Source of the DNA: an uncultured Holophagae bacterium
Lineage (GTDB): Bacteria; Acidobacteriota; Thermoanaerobaculia; Thermoanaerobaculales; Sulfomarinibacteraceae
Assembly (NCBI GenBank): GCA_963718055.1
Contig: CAVQXZ010000001.1
Location: forward strand, 1,171,605 to 1,235,604
Direction: 5' to 3'
DNA: 64,000 nt
Part shown: positions 18,224 through 27,158 of the stretch, piece by piece
Numbering within the stretch: the stretch's first letter is position 1
Layout: each line of letters opens with the position of its first letter
Program-made: the position numbers and the translations under genes
Notes under the pieces: model-generated
Databases searched by the model: none
Seen by the model: only the letters and a program-made list of their open reading frames with translations
What the model was told of the DNA's origin: nothing

Positions 18224-19762
18224 TCACTCCCCGCCGCCGAACAGCGAATTGTACCGGGACCGGCCTTCGGGCCCGGCGAAGCCCGGGAACACGCTGGCGA
18301 GGTCGTCGCGGAGGCGGTCCTGCCGCTGCTGGAGCGCGCCGGCCAGCCGGCCCATCGCGAGCAGGGTCTCGACCTGGCCAGCGAGCTCTCTCCGGTGCGC
18401 AAACTCGAGCAGCCGCCGCTGCTGGACTCGCACGTCGTTGATGCCGCCGAGGATGTCCTGCAGCAGCTTGAGCTGCTCGACGAGCGGCTCGATCGCGGTC
18501 TCCTCGTACAGGCTGCGGAAGAACTCGAGGAGATAGCGGAGCTTCTTGCCGTCGATGCGGAGGCGGTGCAGGTCTTCGAGCGGTGGGTTCTCGCCGAGCT
18601 CCAGGCCGCGGCGTCGCATGCGCCGATACGCCTTCCGGATTTTCTGCGATGCCAGCTCGCGCACCGGACGGAACGCGATGGGGGGAGGCTCACTGGCGGC
18701 CGGTGGGTCGTCGAGAAACGCCTGCCAACCGTCGAGCAGACTCTGGAAGCGGTCTGAGCGCAGCCCGGCGCGGACCTCGCCGAGCGCGACCTGCCGCTCC
18801 GTCTCGATGACCTCCTGCAGCGGGGCCAGGGCCGCGGCGCTGTCGCCGACCAGGGCGCGGAAGCCATCCATCTCGAGGAGGTAGACGTCGAGGTCGCGGC
18901 AGGGATTGGTCAGCGAACCGAGCCACCGGAACTCCGGCAGGAAGGCATCGAGGCCAGCGGTCGGGAGCACGCCCTTGAGCTGTGCGAGCGCAGCCCGGGT
19001 CCGCCGCGTCGCGACCCGGAAGTCGTGGAGGAACTCGGTGTCGTGGTCGGCGATCACGCCGTCGACGTTCGCGCGCAGGGTGCCGAGCAGGGTGCGCAGG
19101 ACCGACCGCAGCGCGCTGTCGGCGGTCTGAGCTGAATCGAGCTCCAGATTCAGCTTGGAGCTGTAGTCGCCGATGTGGCGGCCGCGGGCGGCCACCGCGA
19201 GCTCTGTGAGGTTGGTGGTGTCATCACTGGTCGCGGCGAGCGCGCGGAGACGCTGGACCAAACCCTCGAAGGTCGCCTCGAAGCCGGGGAGACCGAGCAC
19301 CTCGATCCTCGATATCGGTTCGCCGGTGGCCCGCCCCGAGCTGTCGAGGATGGTCGCGATCTCGAGCTGCAGGAACACCGCGGTGTCGCCGGCTGGGCTT
19401 CGCAAGCGACCGGATTGCCGCTCAACCCGGCACTCGCCGACAGGGAGGAGGGCGCGGATCTCGATGAGGCTCTCGAGTCGCGCGCGGAGGACGGACTCGG
19501 GAAGCTCCCGGGCGAAGCGGACCGAGCCGGTCAACGGGAGTACGTGCGGCGGTTCGCCGCTGCCGTCGATGAAGCGAAGGGCTCGCGCGCCGTCGGTTGT
19601 CTCCTCGGTCAGACGGCCGCCGGACGAGGCGATCCGCCAGTCGAAGGTGTCGAGATAAAGAAAGCGGACCGTCCGGGGACGGTCCGCATCAAAGTCATCG
19701 CCGACTACGCCGCGGAGGGATCGAGCATCCCACTCTTTCGGAAGCCGGAGGGTTGCCTGCAT
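18224..19762 (-). CDS. CYTH-domain plus CHAD-domain protein
   Basis: The N-terminal roughly 180 aa is triphosphate-tunnel (CYTH)-like. The C-terminal helical region has FLHDFRVATRRTRAAL...LHRLRIDGKKLRYLLEFF, the typical CHAD R/K-rich helices. Confidence 0.8.
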   Translation of the reverse strand: MQATLRLPKEWDARSLRGVVGDDFDADRPRTVRFLYLDTFDWRIASSGGRLTEETTDGARALRFIDGSGEPPHVLPLTGSVRFARELPESVLRARLESLIEIRALLPVGECRVERQSGRLRSPAGDTAVFLQLEIATILDSSGRATGEPISRIEVLGLPGFEATFEGLVQRLRALAATSDDTTNLTELAVAARGRHIGDYSSKLNLELDSAQTADSALRSVLRTLLGTLRANVDGVIADHDTEFLHDFRVATRRTRAALAQLKGVLPTAGLDAFLPEFRWLGSLTNPCRDLDVYLLEMDGFRALVGDSAAALAPLQEVIETERQVALGEVRAGLRSDRFQSLLDGWQAFLDDPPAASEPPPIAFRPVRELASQKIRKAYRRMRRRGLELGENPPLEDLHRLRIDGKKLRYLLEFFRSLYEETAIEPLVEQLKLLQDILGGINDVRVQQRRLLEFAHRRELAGQVETLLAMGRLAGALQQRQDRLRDDLASVFPGFAGPEGRSRYNSLFGGGE

Positions 19763-19889
19763 GACTCACTCCCGAACGCGCACCGTCCGAGAAGTGTACG
19801 CCATGCCGCAGCGACTGTGCCTGCCTCCGAAGAATGCGGACGGCGCGGCGGAACTGTCGCCTACTTCTTGGCGGCCGGCTTCTTGGCGG

Positions 19890-20201
19890 CTACCTTCTTC
19901 TTGGCAACCGGCTTCTTGGCACCTTCTTCTTGGCCACCTTCTTCTTGGCAACCGGCTTCTTCGCGGCCACCTTCTTCTTGGCGGCCGGCTTGGCGGCTGC
20001 CTTCTTGACGGCCGTCTTCTTGACGGCCAGCTTCTTCGCGGCCACCTTCTTCTTGACGACCTTCTTCTTGGCAGCCGGCTTCTTGGCGGCTACCTTCTTC
20101 TTGGCAGCCGGCTTCTTCGCCGCCGCCTTCTTCTTGACGACCTTCTTTTTGGCGGCCGTCTTCGCCTTGGCAACCGACTTAGTAGTCTTTGCTTGAGCCA
20201 T
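19890..20201 (-). CDS. histone H1-like lysine/alanine-rich repeat protein (AlgP/Hc1-like composition); the 3-prime end is probably frameshifted
   Basis: [47 protein letters not shown]... The annotated frame ends in the non-repeat tail PRSRLPRRR. Another frame continues the [19 protein letters not shown] repeat to a TAG at 19861-19863. Confidence 0.7.
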   Translation of the reverse strand: MAQAKTTKSVAKAKTAAKKKVVKKKAAAKKPAAKKKVAAKKPAAKKKVVKKKVAAKKLAVKKTAVKKAAAKPAAKKKVAAKKPVAKKKVAKKKVPRSRLPRRR

Positions 20202-20345
20202 GTCTACTCTCCGGTTCCTTTCGTGGTGATGTCAAGAGCACAAGGCTGCTTGCAGTTCGATAGTAACACACAAATCGTTCGTTGAACGCAAGCTCCTCAT
20301 GCGCGCTGAACACGAGTGTCGTAGAATTTGAAATTCGGAGAGGAC

Positions 20346-22448
20346 ATGGCCATCACATCGCAAGAGAAAAAATCGATCACACCTGAGTCACCTCAGGCGT
20401 TCATCAATCGCGAGCTGAGTTGGCTGCAGTTTGCACGTCGCGTGCTGCAGCTCGCGCAGGACGGTGAGCTTCCGTTGCTCGAGCGCGTGAAGTTCGCCGG
20501 CATCCTCGGCATGTTGCACGACGAGTTCTTCATGAAGAGGATCAGCGGGCTCAAGCGTCAGATTCGCAACGGTGTGCAGAAGCTGTCACTGGAGGGACGG
20601 ACGCCGCGCGAGGAGTTCGACGTCTGCCGAGCGGAGCTCCTCGCCCAGTGCGAGGAGCTCGCGACGGTCGTCGAGAAGGAGATCCGGCCCGCCCTCGCGA
20701 AGCAGGGCATCGGGATCCACGACTACGCCGACCTGGGCGCAAGCCACAAGAAGGAGCTCGCGCGCTACCTCGAGCGTGCGGTGCTCCCGATCCTGACCCC
20801 GCTTGCGGTGGACGCCGAGCACCCGTTCCCCTTCATCAGCAACCTCGGCCTCAACCTCGCGATCACCATCCGCGAGGGCAAGCGGGAGCGGTTCGTTCGA
20901 CTCAAGATGCCGTCGAACCGGAATCGCTGGGTGCCGCTGGCCGACGGAACCGGTTTCGTCCCCCTCGAGCAGCTGATTGCCGCCAACCTCCGCAAGCTGT
21001 TCACTAAAGGTGAGATCACAGCGTATGGGTTCTGCGTGACCCGAGGCGCGGATGCTGACACCGACCGCCCGGTCGAGGTGGACGACTTCGACCCGATGCT
21101 CTTCCCAGGGAGCATCATCGGCCAGGTCAGCAACGAGCTCAAGGCGAGGAGGTTCGCTGGAACAGTTCGACTTCAGGTCGATGCCCAGATGCCGAAGAAG
21201 ATGCGGACATGGCTCGCCGCGCAGCTCGAGGTCGACGACGCCGACGTGTACTCCGCCAGTCACCCGCTCAGGCTGGTGGACCTCCTGCGCTTCGAGGTCG
21301 AGGGCAGGGACGAGCTTCGCTACCCGCACCACCGGCCGGTGACCCACGCCCGGCTGAAGAAGATGCCGGACGAGCCGGGGGCGATCTTCGACGAGATCCG
21401 GCGCGGCGACATCCTGCTCCACCACCCGTACCACAGCTTCGATACTTCGGTGCTGCGCTTCCTCGAGGTGTCGGCGGCAGACCCCCAGGTGCTGGCGATC
21501 AAGCTCACGATCTATCGAACGTCCAGTGACTCGCCGATCGTGCGTGCGCTCGCCGAGGCGGCGCGTCGCGGCAAGCAGGTCGCCGTGCTCGTGGAGATCA
21601 CCGCTCGATTCGATGAGGCGCCGAACATCGCATGGGGACGGCTCCTCGAGCAGGAGGGCGTGCACGTCGCCTATGGCGTCGAGAAGCTCAAGACCCACGT
21701 CAAGCTGGCGATGGTCGTGCGCGAGGAGAAGGACGGCATCCGCCGCTACGTTCACGTGGGCACCGGCAACTACCACACCGGCACCGCGCGGATCTACGAG
21801 GACCTCGGCATGCTGAGCTGCGACCCCGAGCTGGGCGCGGATGTGGCGGCAGTCTTCAACGAGCTCACCGGTGCCACTCGCTCGGACGAGTACCTCAAGG
21901 TCGTGGTCGCGCCGGAGCAGATGCGCGAGTGGTTTCGCACGCTGATCCGGCGCGAGGCCGAGCACGCCGCCGCGGGGAAGCCTGCTGGGATCACGGCCAA
22001 GATGAACCAGCTGCAGGACCCGGACCTGATCCGCGAGCTCTACCGCGCGAGCCAGGCCGGGGTCCCGATCAGCCTCAATGTCCGCGGGCTGTGCTGCCTG
22101 CGGCCCGGGGTGCCCGGTCTGTCGGAAACGATCCGGGTCTACAGCGTGCTCGGTCGATTCCTCGAGCACGGCAGGATCTACCGGTTCTCCAATGCTGGTG
22201 ACCCCGAGTACTTCATCGGGTCCGCGGACTGGATGAAGCGCAACCTCGACCGCCGCGTGGAGACCATTGCGCCGGTCAAGGACCCGGTTCTCACGGCGGA
22301 GCTGGACGCCATCCTCAAGGTGTACGAGGACGACAATCACTCGGCCTGGGACCTCCGGGCTGACGGCAGCTACGTCCGCCGGCGTCCTGCGAAGGGCGAG
22401 ACGCCCCGTCCCTCACAGCAGGTTTTCGCCGATCACTTCGCTCGCTGA
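20346..22448 (+). CDS. ppk: polyphosphate kinase 1
   Basis: FINRELSWLQFARRVL...PLLERVKFAGI...DEFFMKR is the PPK1 N-terminal signature. Two PLD-like domains follow (KTHVKLAMVVR; HGRIYRFSN). GGAGAGG RBS before ATG 20346. Confidence 0.95.
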   Translation: MAITSQEKKSITPESPQAFINRELSWLQFARRVLQLAQDGELPLLERVKFAGILGMLHDEFFMKRISGLKRQIRNGVQKLSLEGRTPREEFDVCRAELLAQCEELATVVEKEIRPALAKQGIGIHDYADLGASHKKELARYLERAVLPILTPLAVDAEHPFPFISNLGLNLAITIREGKRERFVRLKMPSNRNRWVPLADGTGFVPLEQLIAANLRKLFTKGEITAYGFCVTRGADADTDRPVEVDDFDPMLFPGSIIGQVSNELKARRFAGTVRLQVDAQMPKKMRTWLAAQLEVDDADVYSASHPLRLVDLLRFEVEGRDELRYPHHRPVTHARLKKMPDEPGAIFDEIRRGDILLHHPYHSFDTSVLRFLEVSAADPQVLAIKLTIYRTSSDSPIVRALAEAARRGKQVAVLVEITARFDEAPNIAWGRLLEQEGVHVAYGVEKLKTHVKLAMVVREEKDGIRRYVHVGTGNYHTGTARIYEDLGMLSCDPELGADVAAVFNELTGATRSDEYLKVVVAPEQMREWFRTLIRREAEHAAAGKPAGITAKMNQLQDPDLIRELYRASQAGVPISLNVRGLCCLRPGVPGLSETIRVYSVLGRFLEHGRIYRFSNAGDPEYFIGSADWMKRNLDRRVETIAPVKDPVLTAELDAILKVYEDDNHSAWDLRADGSYVRRRPAKGETPRPSQQVFADHFAR

Positions 22449-22486
22449 TCCGCCGCGGTTGCACCGGCGGGCAGGGGAGACTCGAG

Positions 22487-23407
22487 ATGGCAGATCACAT
22501 GATCCGGGCCATGGCGTGGGGTGGTCGGGTGCGGGTGGTGGCGTGTGACACCACGGCCACCGTGGAGGAGCTGCGACGGATCCACGACCCGTCGCCGGTC
22601 AGCACGGCCGCGGTGGGGAGGATCGCGACTGGCGCGCTGCTGATCGCGTCGATGCTCGAGAAGGCGACCGGCCGGGAGCCGATGGTGACCATCGAGATCG
22701 ACGGCGACGGCCCTGCCGGCAAGCTGCTGGCCACGGCGTCGCCGACGGGCTGGGTGCGGGCGATGGTCGCGAACCCGCTTGCCACCGCCGATCCGAAGAT
22801 CAACGGCAAGCTGAACGTCGCTGGTGTTGTGGGCACTTCCGGCGAGCTCGTGGTGACCAGGGACCCCGGCATCGGGGAGCCGTACCGCGGAGTCGTCCCG
22901 CTGGTGTCAGGCGAGATCGCGCAGGACCTCGCCCGCTACCTGCTGGACTCGGAGCAGATCCCGTCGGCGGTCCTGCTCGGGGTGCACGTGGTTCCTGCCG
23001 GCAGGGTCGGTCACGCCGGCGGCCTGATCGTGCAGCTCCTGCCAGGGGTCAGCGACGAGGAGGCCGACGAGCTGTCGTCGCGCGTGCGCGGGCTCGGCGC
23101 GGTGACCTCGCAGATGGCCGCTGGCGCCGGACCGATGGCGTGGATCGAGAGCCTGTTCGCGAAGGACCTCACCGTTCTGGGCGAGAACCCAGTCCGGTTC
23201 TTCTGCGGCTGTTCGGAACGCCGTGTCGAGACCGCGTTGATGCTGCTCGGGGCCGAAGAGGTCCGGTCGATGATCGAGGACAACCCTGACGGCCCGACGC
23301 TGCTGAACTGCGGTTTCTGCAGGAAGGAGTATGCGGTGTCCACCGCCGATCTGCAGCGCGTCCTGCGCAGCGTGGCGGCGGGCGGCGCCGATGACGACCC
23401 GAATTGA
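22487..23407 (+). CDS. hslO: Hsp33 redox-regulated chaperone
   Basis: C-terminal zinc centre FCGCSERRV...LNCGFCRKEY (CxC...CxxC), with the typical Hsp33 core (GRIATGALLIASMLE, GEIAQDLARYLLDSEQ). Confidence 0.9.
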   Translation: MADHMIRAMAWGGRVRVVACDTTATVEELRRIHDPSPVSTAAVGRIATGALLIASMLEKATGREPMVTIEIDGDGPAGKLLATASPTGWVRAMVANPLATADPKINGKLNVAGVVGTSGELVVTRDPGIGEPYRGVVPLVSGEIAQDLARYLLDSEQIPSAVLLGVHVVPAGRVGHAGGLIVQLLPGVSDEEADELSSRVRGLGAVTSQMAAGAGPMAWIESLFAKDLTVLGENPVRFFCGCSERRVETALMLLGAEEVRSMIEDNPDGPTLLNCGFCRKEYAVSTADLQRVLRSVAAGGADDDPN

Positions 23408-23416
23408 CAGCGCGCG

Positions 23417-23953
23417 GTGAGGGCGTGCGGCGGGGAGCGGAGCTTCCCGAAGAGATGTGGGAGGCCGGCGGTGCAGCGAACGCGACAGCGGGCAGGTGAG
23501 CGGCCAACGAGCCGGGCCGGCGGCAGCGAGCGTTCTCGCGTCCCACCTGAGCGGCGTCTCGCCGCGCTTCTGATACTGGCCGCCGCCGCACTGGCCGCTG
23601 TCGCGTGTTCCTCGGTTGTGACCAAATCTGACGACCCGTGGACCGCGTCGTACGTCGACGACGCCGAGCGGGTGTGGGCCGCCATCCACCGGGCGCTCGA
23701 CGCACTGGGGTATGAGGTGGAGGAGGAGGATCGCGGCGAGGGGAAGATCCGCGCGGCTCAGGTCGCCGAGCGTTCCTATCAGAGTGTCGTGCTCCACATC
23801 GAGGTAATCCAGAAGGCCGAGCTGGTGCGCGTCATCGTTCGGCCATCAGCAGGGGCGACGGGCACCCCCGACGACCACCGGCGGCGCGACGAAGCAGTGC
23901 GCGAGTTCCTCACCGCGCTCGACGAGCACCTCGGCAGGCGCCCCGTTCGTTGA
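23417..23953 (+). CDS. putative lipoprotein of unknown function
   Basis: Hydrophobic stretch LAALLILAAAALAAVAC, lipobox-like. The only in-frame start is GTG 23417, which gives a long Arg-rich leader. No family recognised. Confidence 0.4.
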   Translation: MRACGGERSFPKRCGRPAVQRTRQRAGERPTSRAGGSERSRVPPERRLAALLILAAAALAAVACSSVVTKSDDPWTASYVDDAERVWAAIHRALDALGYEVEEEDRGEGKIRAAQVAERSYQSVVLHIEVIQKAELVRVIVRPSAGATGTPDDHRRRDEAVREFLTALDEHLGRRPVR

Positions 23954-23983
23954 CGGTCAGGCAGGCCGGCAAGCCAGCCGGAC

Positions 23984-24463
23984 TCAGTGCGAGTGGCCGC
24001 CCGCCTCGCCGAAATAGGCCGTGCGGAAGGTGGCGATCAGCGACCGCAGCGCCTCGACGTTGGCCAGATCGGTGGTCTGCTTCGCCTTCATCGCCGCCAC
24101 CTGGATCTTGTGGAGCGTCGTCAGCTGCGCTAAGTACTGCTCCCAGGGCTTGCCGTCCTTGGTCTCGGGCTCCTTGATGCGCTGGCACAGGAAATAGTCG
24201 GCGACGATGTCCTGGATCTCCTGCGCGTGCTGCTCCTTGTTGTCGATCCAGCGGACCAGCTGGTTGTAGTTGACCGGTGTCTCCTTGCCCAGCGCGACGA
24301 TCTGGTTCATCGACTTCTCGACGGTCGTGATGTGCTCTTCGATGAGCTGGACGCGGAGCTCGTCGTCGAAGATCCCGCAAGGGATCTGGCAGTGGGCGTC
24401 TGCCCGGGTGGTGACAGCGAAGGCGAGCGTCGCAATCAGCAGGCCGGTGGACAAGTGACGCAT
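23984..24463 (-). CDS. sodN: nickel superoxide dismutase precursor
   Basis: HCQIPCGIFDD matches the Ni-hook HCxxPCGxY/F. It is preceded by the 23-aa leader MRHLSTGLLIATLAFAVTTRADA. GGAGG RBS before ATG 24463. Confidence 0.85.
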   Translation of the reverse strand: MRHLSTGLLIATLAFAVTTRADAHCQIPCGIFDDELRVQLIEEHITTVEKSMNQIVALGKETPVNYNQLVRWIDNKEQHAQEIQDIVADYFLCQRIKEPETKDGKPWEQYLAQLTTLHKIQVAAMKAKQTTDLANVEALRSLIATFRTAYFGEAGGHSH

Positions 24464-24546
24464 GGGACCTCCTTGGAGAGCGGGTGACTCCCCGTCTCGG
24501 GTGAACCGATCCCCTCGGGACCGGTATTCCACCGCGGCGCGGCCGG

Positions 24547-25839
24547 TCAGCTCTGCGAGTCGTCGAGCTCGACGGTGACGGCGGCGGTGGGCGGATTGAG
24601 CCCGCTCTCTGCCCGGAACACCTTGTTCCGGCCCTGTTGCTTCGCCTTGTAGAGGGCGTTGTCAGCCGAGAGCAGGAGTTCGACCGCGTCCTGCGCGTCG
24701 TCCGGGAAGGTTGCAACGCCGCCGCTGACCGTCACCCGGCCGAGCGGCTGCCCCTTGCCGAACGGAAAGTCGTAGCGTTCGATGCGCTGGAGGATGTTCG
24801 TTGCCGCGCTCAACGCTTGTGCCGGCGACCGGTTCGGCATGATCAGCAGGAACTCCTCGCCGCCGAACCTGCCAAAGATGTCGTCAGCCCGCACCGAGTC
24901 CTGCACCAGTTGAGCGAGGACCCGGAGCGCCTGGTCTCCCGCGATGTGGCCGTTGTGATCGTTGTAGTGCTTGAAGTTGTCGATGTCGAACAGGAACACC
25001 GACACCCGCGCCCCGTGCTGGCGGGCGCCGTACGCGTGCTCGCTGAGGCGGAACTTCAGAGCGCGCTTGTTGTAAATGCCGGTCAGCTCGTCGATGTCGG
25101 CGGCGACCTTGACCTTCCCGTAGACGGTCAGGTTGTTCCAGGTGATCGCCCCGAGCGAGGCGATCGCCTCCATCATTTCCTTCTGCTGGGGGTGGTAGCG
25201 CTGCGGCCGCGAGATCGCGATCACTCCGAGCGCCTCCGCGTCGTGCACCATCGGGGCAGCCACCGCGAACATCGGCCACCCGGGGTTCTCGCTGTAGCGC
25301 GGGTTGTCGAGGGTCTCGCGCCGGTAGTCCTGCCGGTCGAGAGTTTTGCACCTCTCTGCGACGTACCCGATGTGGCCTTCGCCGAAGGACACTTCGGAGC
25401 CGACGCCGAGCCCGCGCTCGGTCGTCGCGCTGGCGGCGACGATCAGTCGGTTCTTCCCTTCCGGCTCGGCAAGCGTCCTCCGCCGGCGGATCAGCACCAC
25501 CGCCTGTTCGGCCCTGAAAATGCGGACCATCGCGTTGAGCAGGACCGGCGGGATCTGGCGGACCTCGGTCTGCGCATTCAGGTCCGCCATCAGCTTGGGG
25601 AGCTCCTTGATGTAGTCGACCAGGAAGCCGAGGTCCTGCTCGATCCTGCGGGCGGTGGCGCCGGGGGCGGCAGGCTCAGGCTCGGCCTTCGGCTCTTCCG
25701 CCAGCTGCCGCCTTGCGGCGCGCAGCTTCGTCCACTGGAGAATCACGACCACCAACAGGATCCCGATCATGACCCCGAGGATGATCTCGATCAGCGCGAC
25801 CTGGGAGATGTCGATTGCAGGCACTCCAACCGTCTCCAA
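24547..25839 (-). CDS. membrane-anchored GAF-GGDEF diguanylate cyclase
   Basis: N-terminal TM helix, then a GAF-like region. DELTGIYNKRAL...VFLFDIDNFKHYNDHNGHIAGD...GRFGGEEFLLI carries an intact GGEEF active site. Confidence 0.85.
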   Translation of the reverse strand: METVGVPAIDISQVALIEIILGVMIGILLVVVILQWTKLRAARRQLAEEPKAEPEPAAPGATARRIEQDLGFLVDYIKELPKLMADLNAQTEVRQIPPVLLNAMVRIFRAEQAVVLIRRRRTLAEPEGKNRLIVAASATTERGLGVGSEVSFGEGHIGYVAERCKTLDRQDYRRETLDNPRYSENPGWPMFAVAAPMVHDAEALGVIAISRPQRYHPQQKEMMEAIASLGAITWNNLTVYGKVKVAADIDELTGIYNKRALKFRLSEHAYGARQHGARVSVFLFDIDNFKHYNDHNGHIAGDQALRVLAQLVQDSVRADDIFGRFGGEEFLLIMPNRSPAQALSAATNILQRIERYDFPFGKGQPLGRVTVSGGVATFPDDAQDAVELLLSADNALYKAKQQGRNKVFRAESGLNPPTAAVTVELDDSQS

Positions 25840-26107
25840 CTGCTTTGCCGCTGCCGTCTACCTCAGGCTGCGCACACGGGATGAGGCTGCGCCCCTCTTG
25901 TGTATCTTATCAGGAGATACGGAAAGCGTGGGACTCACCTCTCGGGCGGCGCCTTCACAAATCAGGGGCGCACGAACGCCGTGAATCAGGGTTGTGAACC
26001 CCAGCAAATTGTGGCATGAACGCGATGCGCTAAGTGACCAGCTATTACTCACGCCGATTCTGACTGATAATATGGACTCGGCAGCGATTCTCGCTAGGGA
26101 GTTCCCG

Positions 26108-27034
26108 ATGGCTGAAAGAAGGCAAAAGACGTACCCTCGCATAGCGCTATCAACACTTGGAGCATCAGATCAAGCAATTCGTGAGCACTATGATGTGGGT
26201 AACGAGTTCTTTCAACTTTGGCTTGATGAAACCATGACCTACTCTGCCGCAATGTGGAAGGATACCCCCGCTTCTCTGGCGGACGCACAGACACGGAAAC
26301 GCGCGTACCTTATTCGGTTGGCTCGCGCCGCAGGGCGCGAGAGGGTGCTTGACGTGGGGTGCGGCTGGGGCTCATGCCTCGATGACCTCATCAGTCACTA
26401 TGGGGTGGGGCATGCGGTGGGCCTCACTTTGAGTCCAGCTCAGGTGGAGTGGATTGAAAGCAGAAAGCTCCCCCGTGTAGAAGTGCGTCGTGAGAGTTGG
26501 GAAGACCACGAAGCAACTGTTCCTTACGATTCGATAATCTCGATAGGGGCCTTTGAGCACTTTGTGAGACCTGAGCACACAAGCGACGAGCGGATTTCCG
26601 TCTACCGAGAGTTCTTCAGCAAATGCCACTCCATGTTGAGACCCGGTGGTTGGTTGGCTATCCAAACACAGGCCTACATGCTAGGTGGGTACTGTGCCGG
26701 TAGTCCGCTCTCGGCTGTCTTTCCCGAATCTGACATGCCGAGACTCTCGGAAATCGCGGCTGGTTTTGATCACCTCTTTGAGTTGGAGTCTCTTACAAAC
26801 GACCCGCAGGATTACTACAAGACTCTTGAAGCATGGGTCGCGAGATTTCATGAGAATCGAGATCGGATCATTGCCGTCTCGAGCCAGAGTCTCTACGAGA
26901 AATTCTCACGGTTCTTGAAAGGTGGCCTCAAGGGGTACGCGAGTCAAGTTTTCATGCTCTTGCGGTTCTCCCTGAGGCGAGTCGATTCTTGTTACCCGGG
27001 ACGCAGCTCCGGAGCGGGTATCGGCACGGTTTGA
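26108..27034 (+). CDS. cyclopropane-fatty-acyl-phospholipid synthase family SAM methyltransferase
   Basis: HYDVGNEFFQLWLDETMTYSAAMW...AQTRKRAYL...VLDVGCGWGS...ISIGAFEHF is the CMAS (CFA/mycolic acid synthase) family pattern. GGGAG RBS before ATG 26108. Confidence 0.8.
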   Translation: MAERRQKTYPRIALSTLGASDQAIREHYDVGNEFFQLWLDETMTYSAAMWKDTPASLADAQTRKRAYLIRLARAAGRERVLDVGCGWGSCLDDLISHYGVGHAVGLTLSPAQVEWIESRKLPRVEVRRESWEDHEATVPYDSIISIGAFEHFVRPEHTSDERISVYREFFSKCHSMLRPGGWLAIQTQAYMLGGYCAGSPLSAVFPESDMPRLSEIAAGFDHLFELESLTNDPQDYYKTLEAWVARFHENRDRIIAVSSQSLYEKFSRFLKGGLKGYASQVFMLLRFSLRRVDSCYPGRSSGAGIGTV

Positions 27035-27158
27035 ACACTGCGGAGTGCTGGCATGGTTCGAACAGATGGGTAAGAGGTGATTCTGCTGACTCGTGATTTC
27101 ACACGAACTTGCGTGGACGCGCGCGGTGGAGTCATAAGATTGGAATCAAGGCGACGAG

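Noticed and set aside
19761-20285. All six frames are open over the H1-like gene, including Leu- and Phe-rich plus-strand ORFs.
   Set aside because: This is an artefact of the AAG/GCC tandem repeat. Only the minus-strand Lys/Ala frame has a start codon context, and it matches a known protein class.
20202-20345. A Pho box or sigma-70 promoter in the divergent ppk1 / H1-like intergenic region.
   Set aside because: TTGAAC and TAGAAT hexamers exist, but they are 34 nt apart. No tandem CTGTCAT-type Pho boxes are present. I cannot support a specific site.
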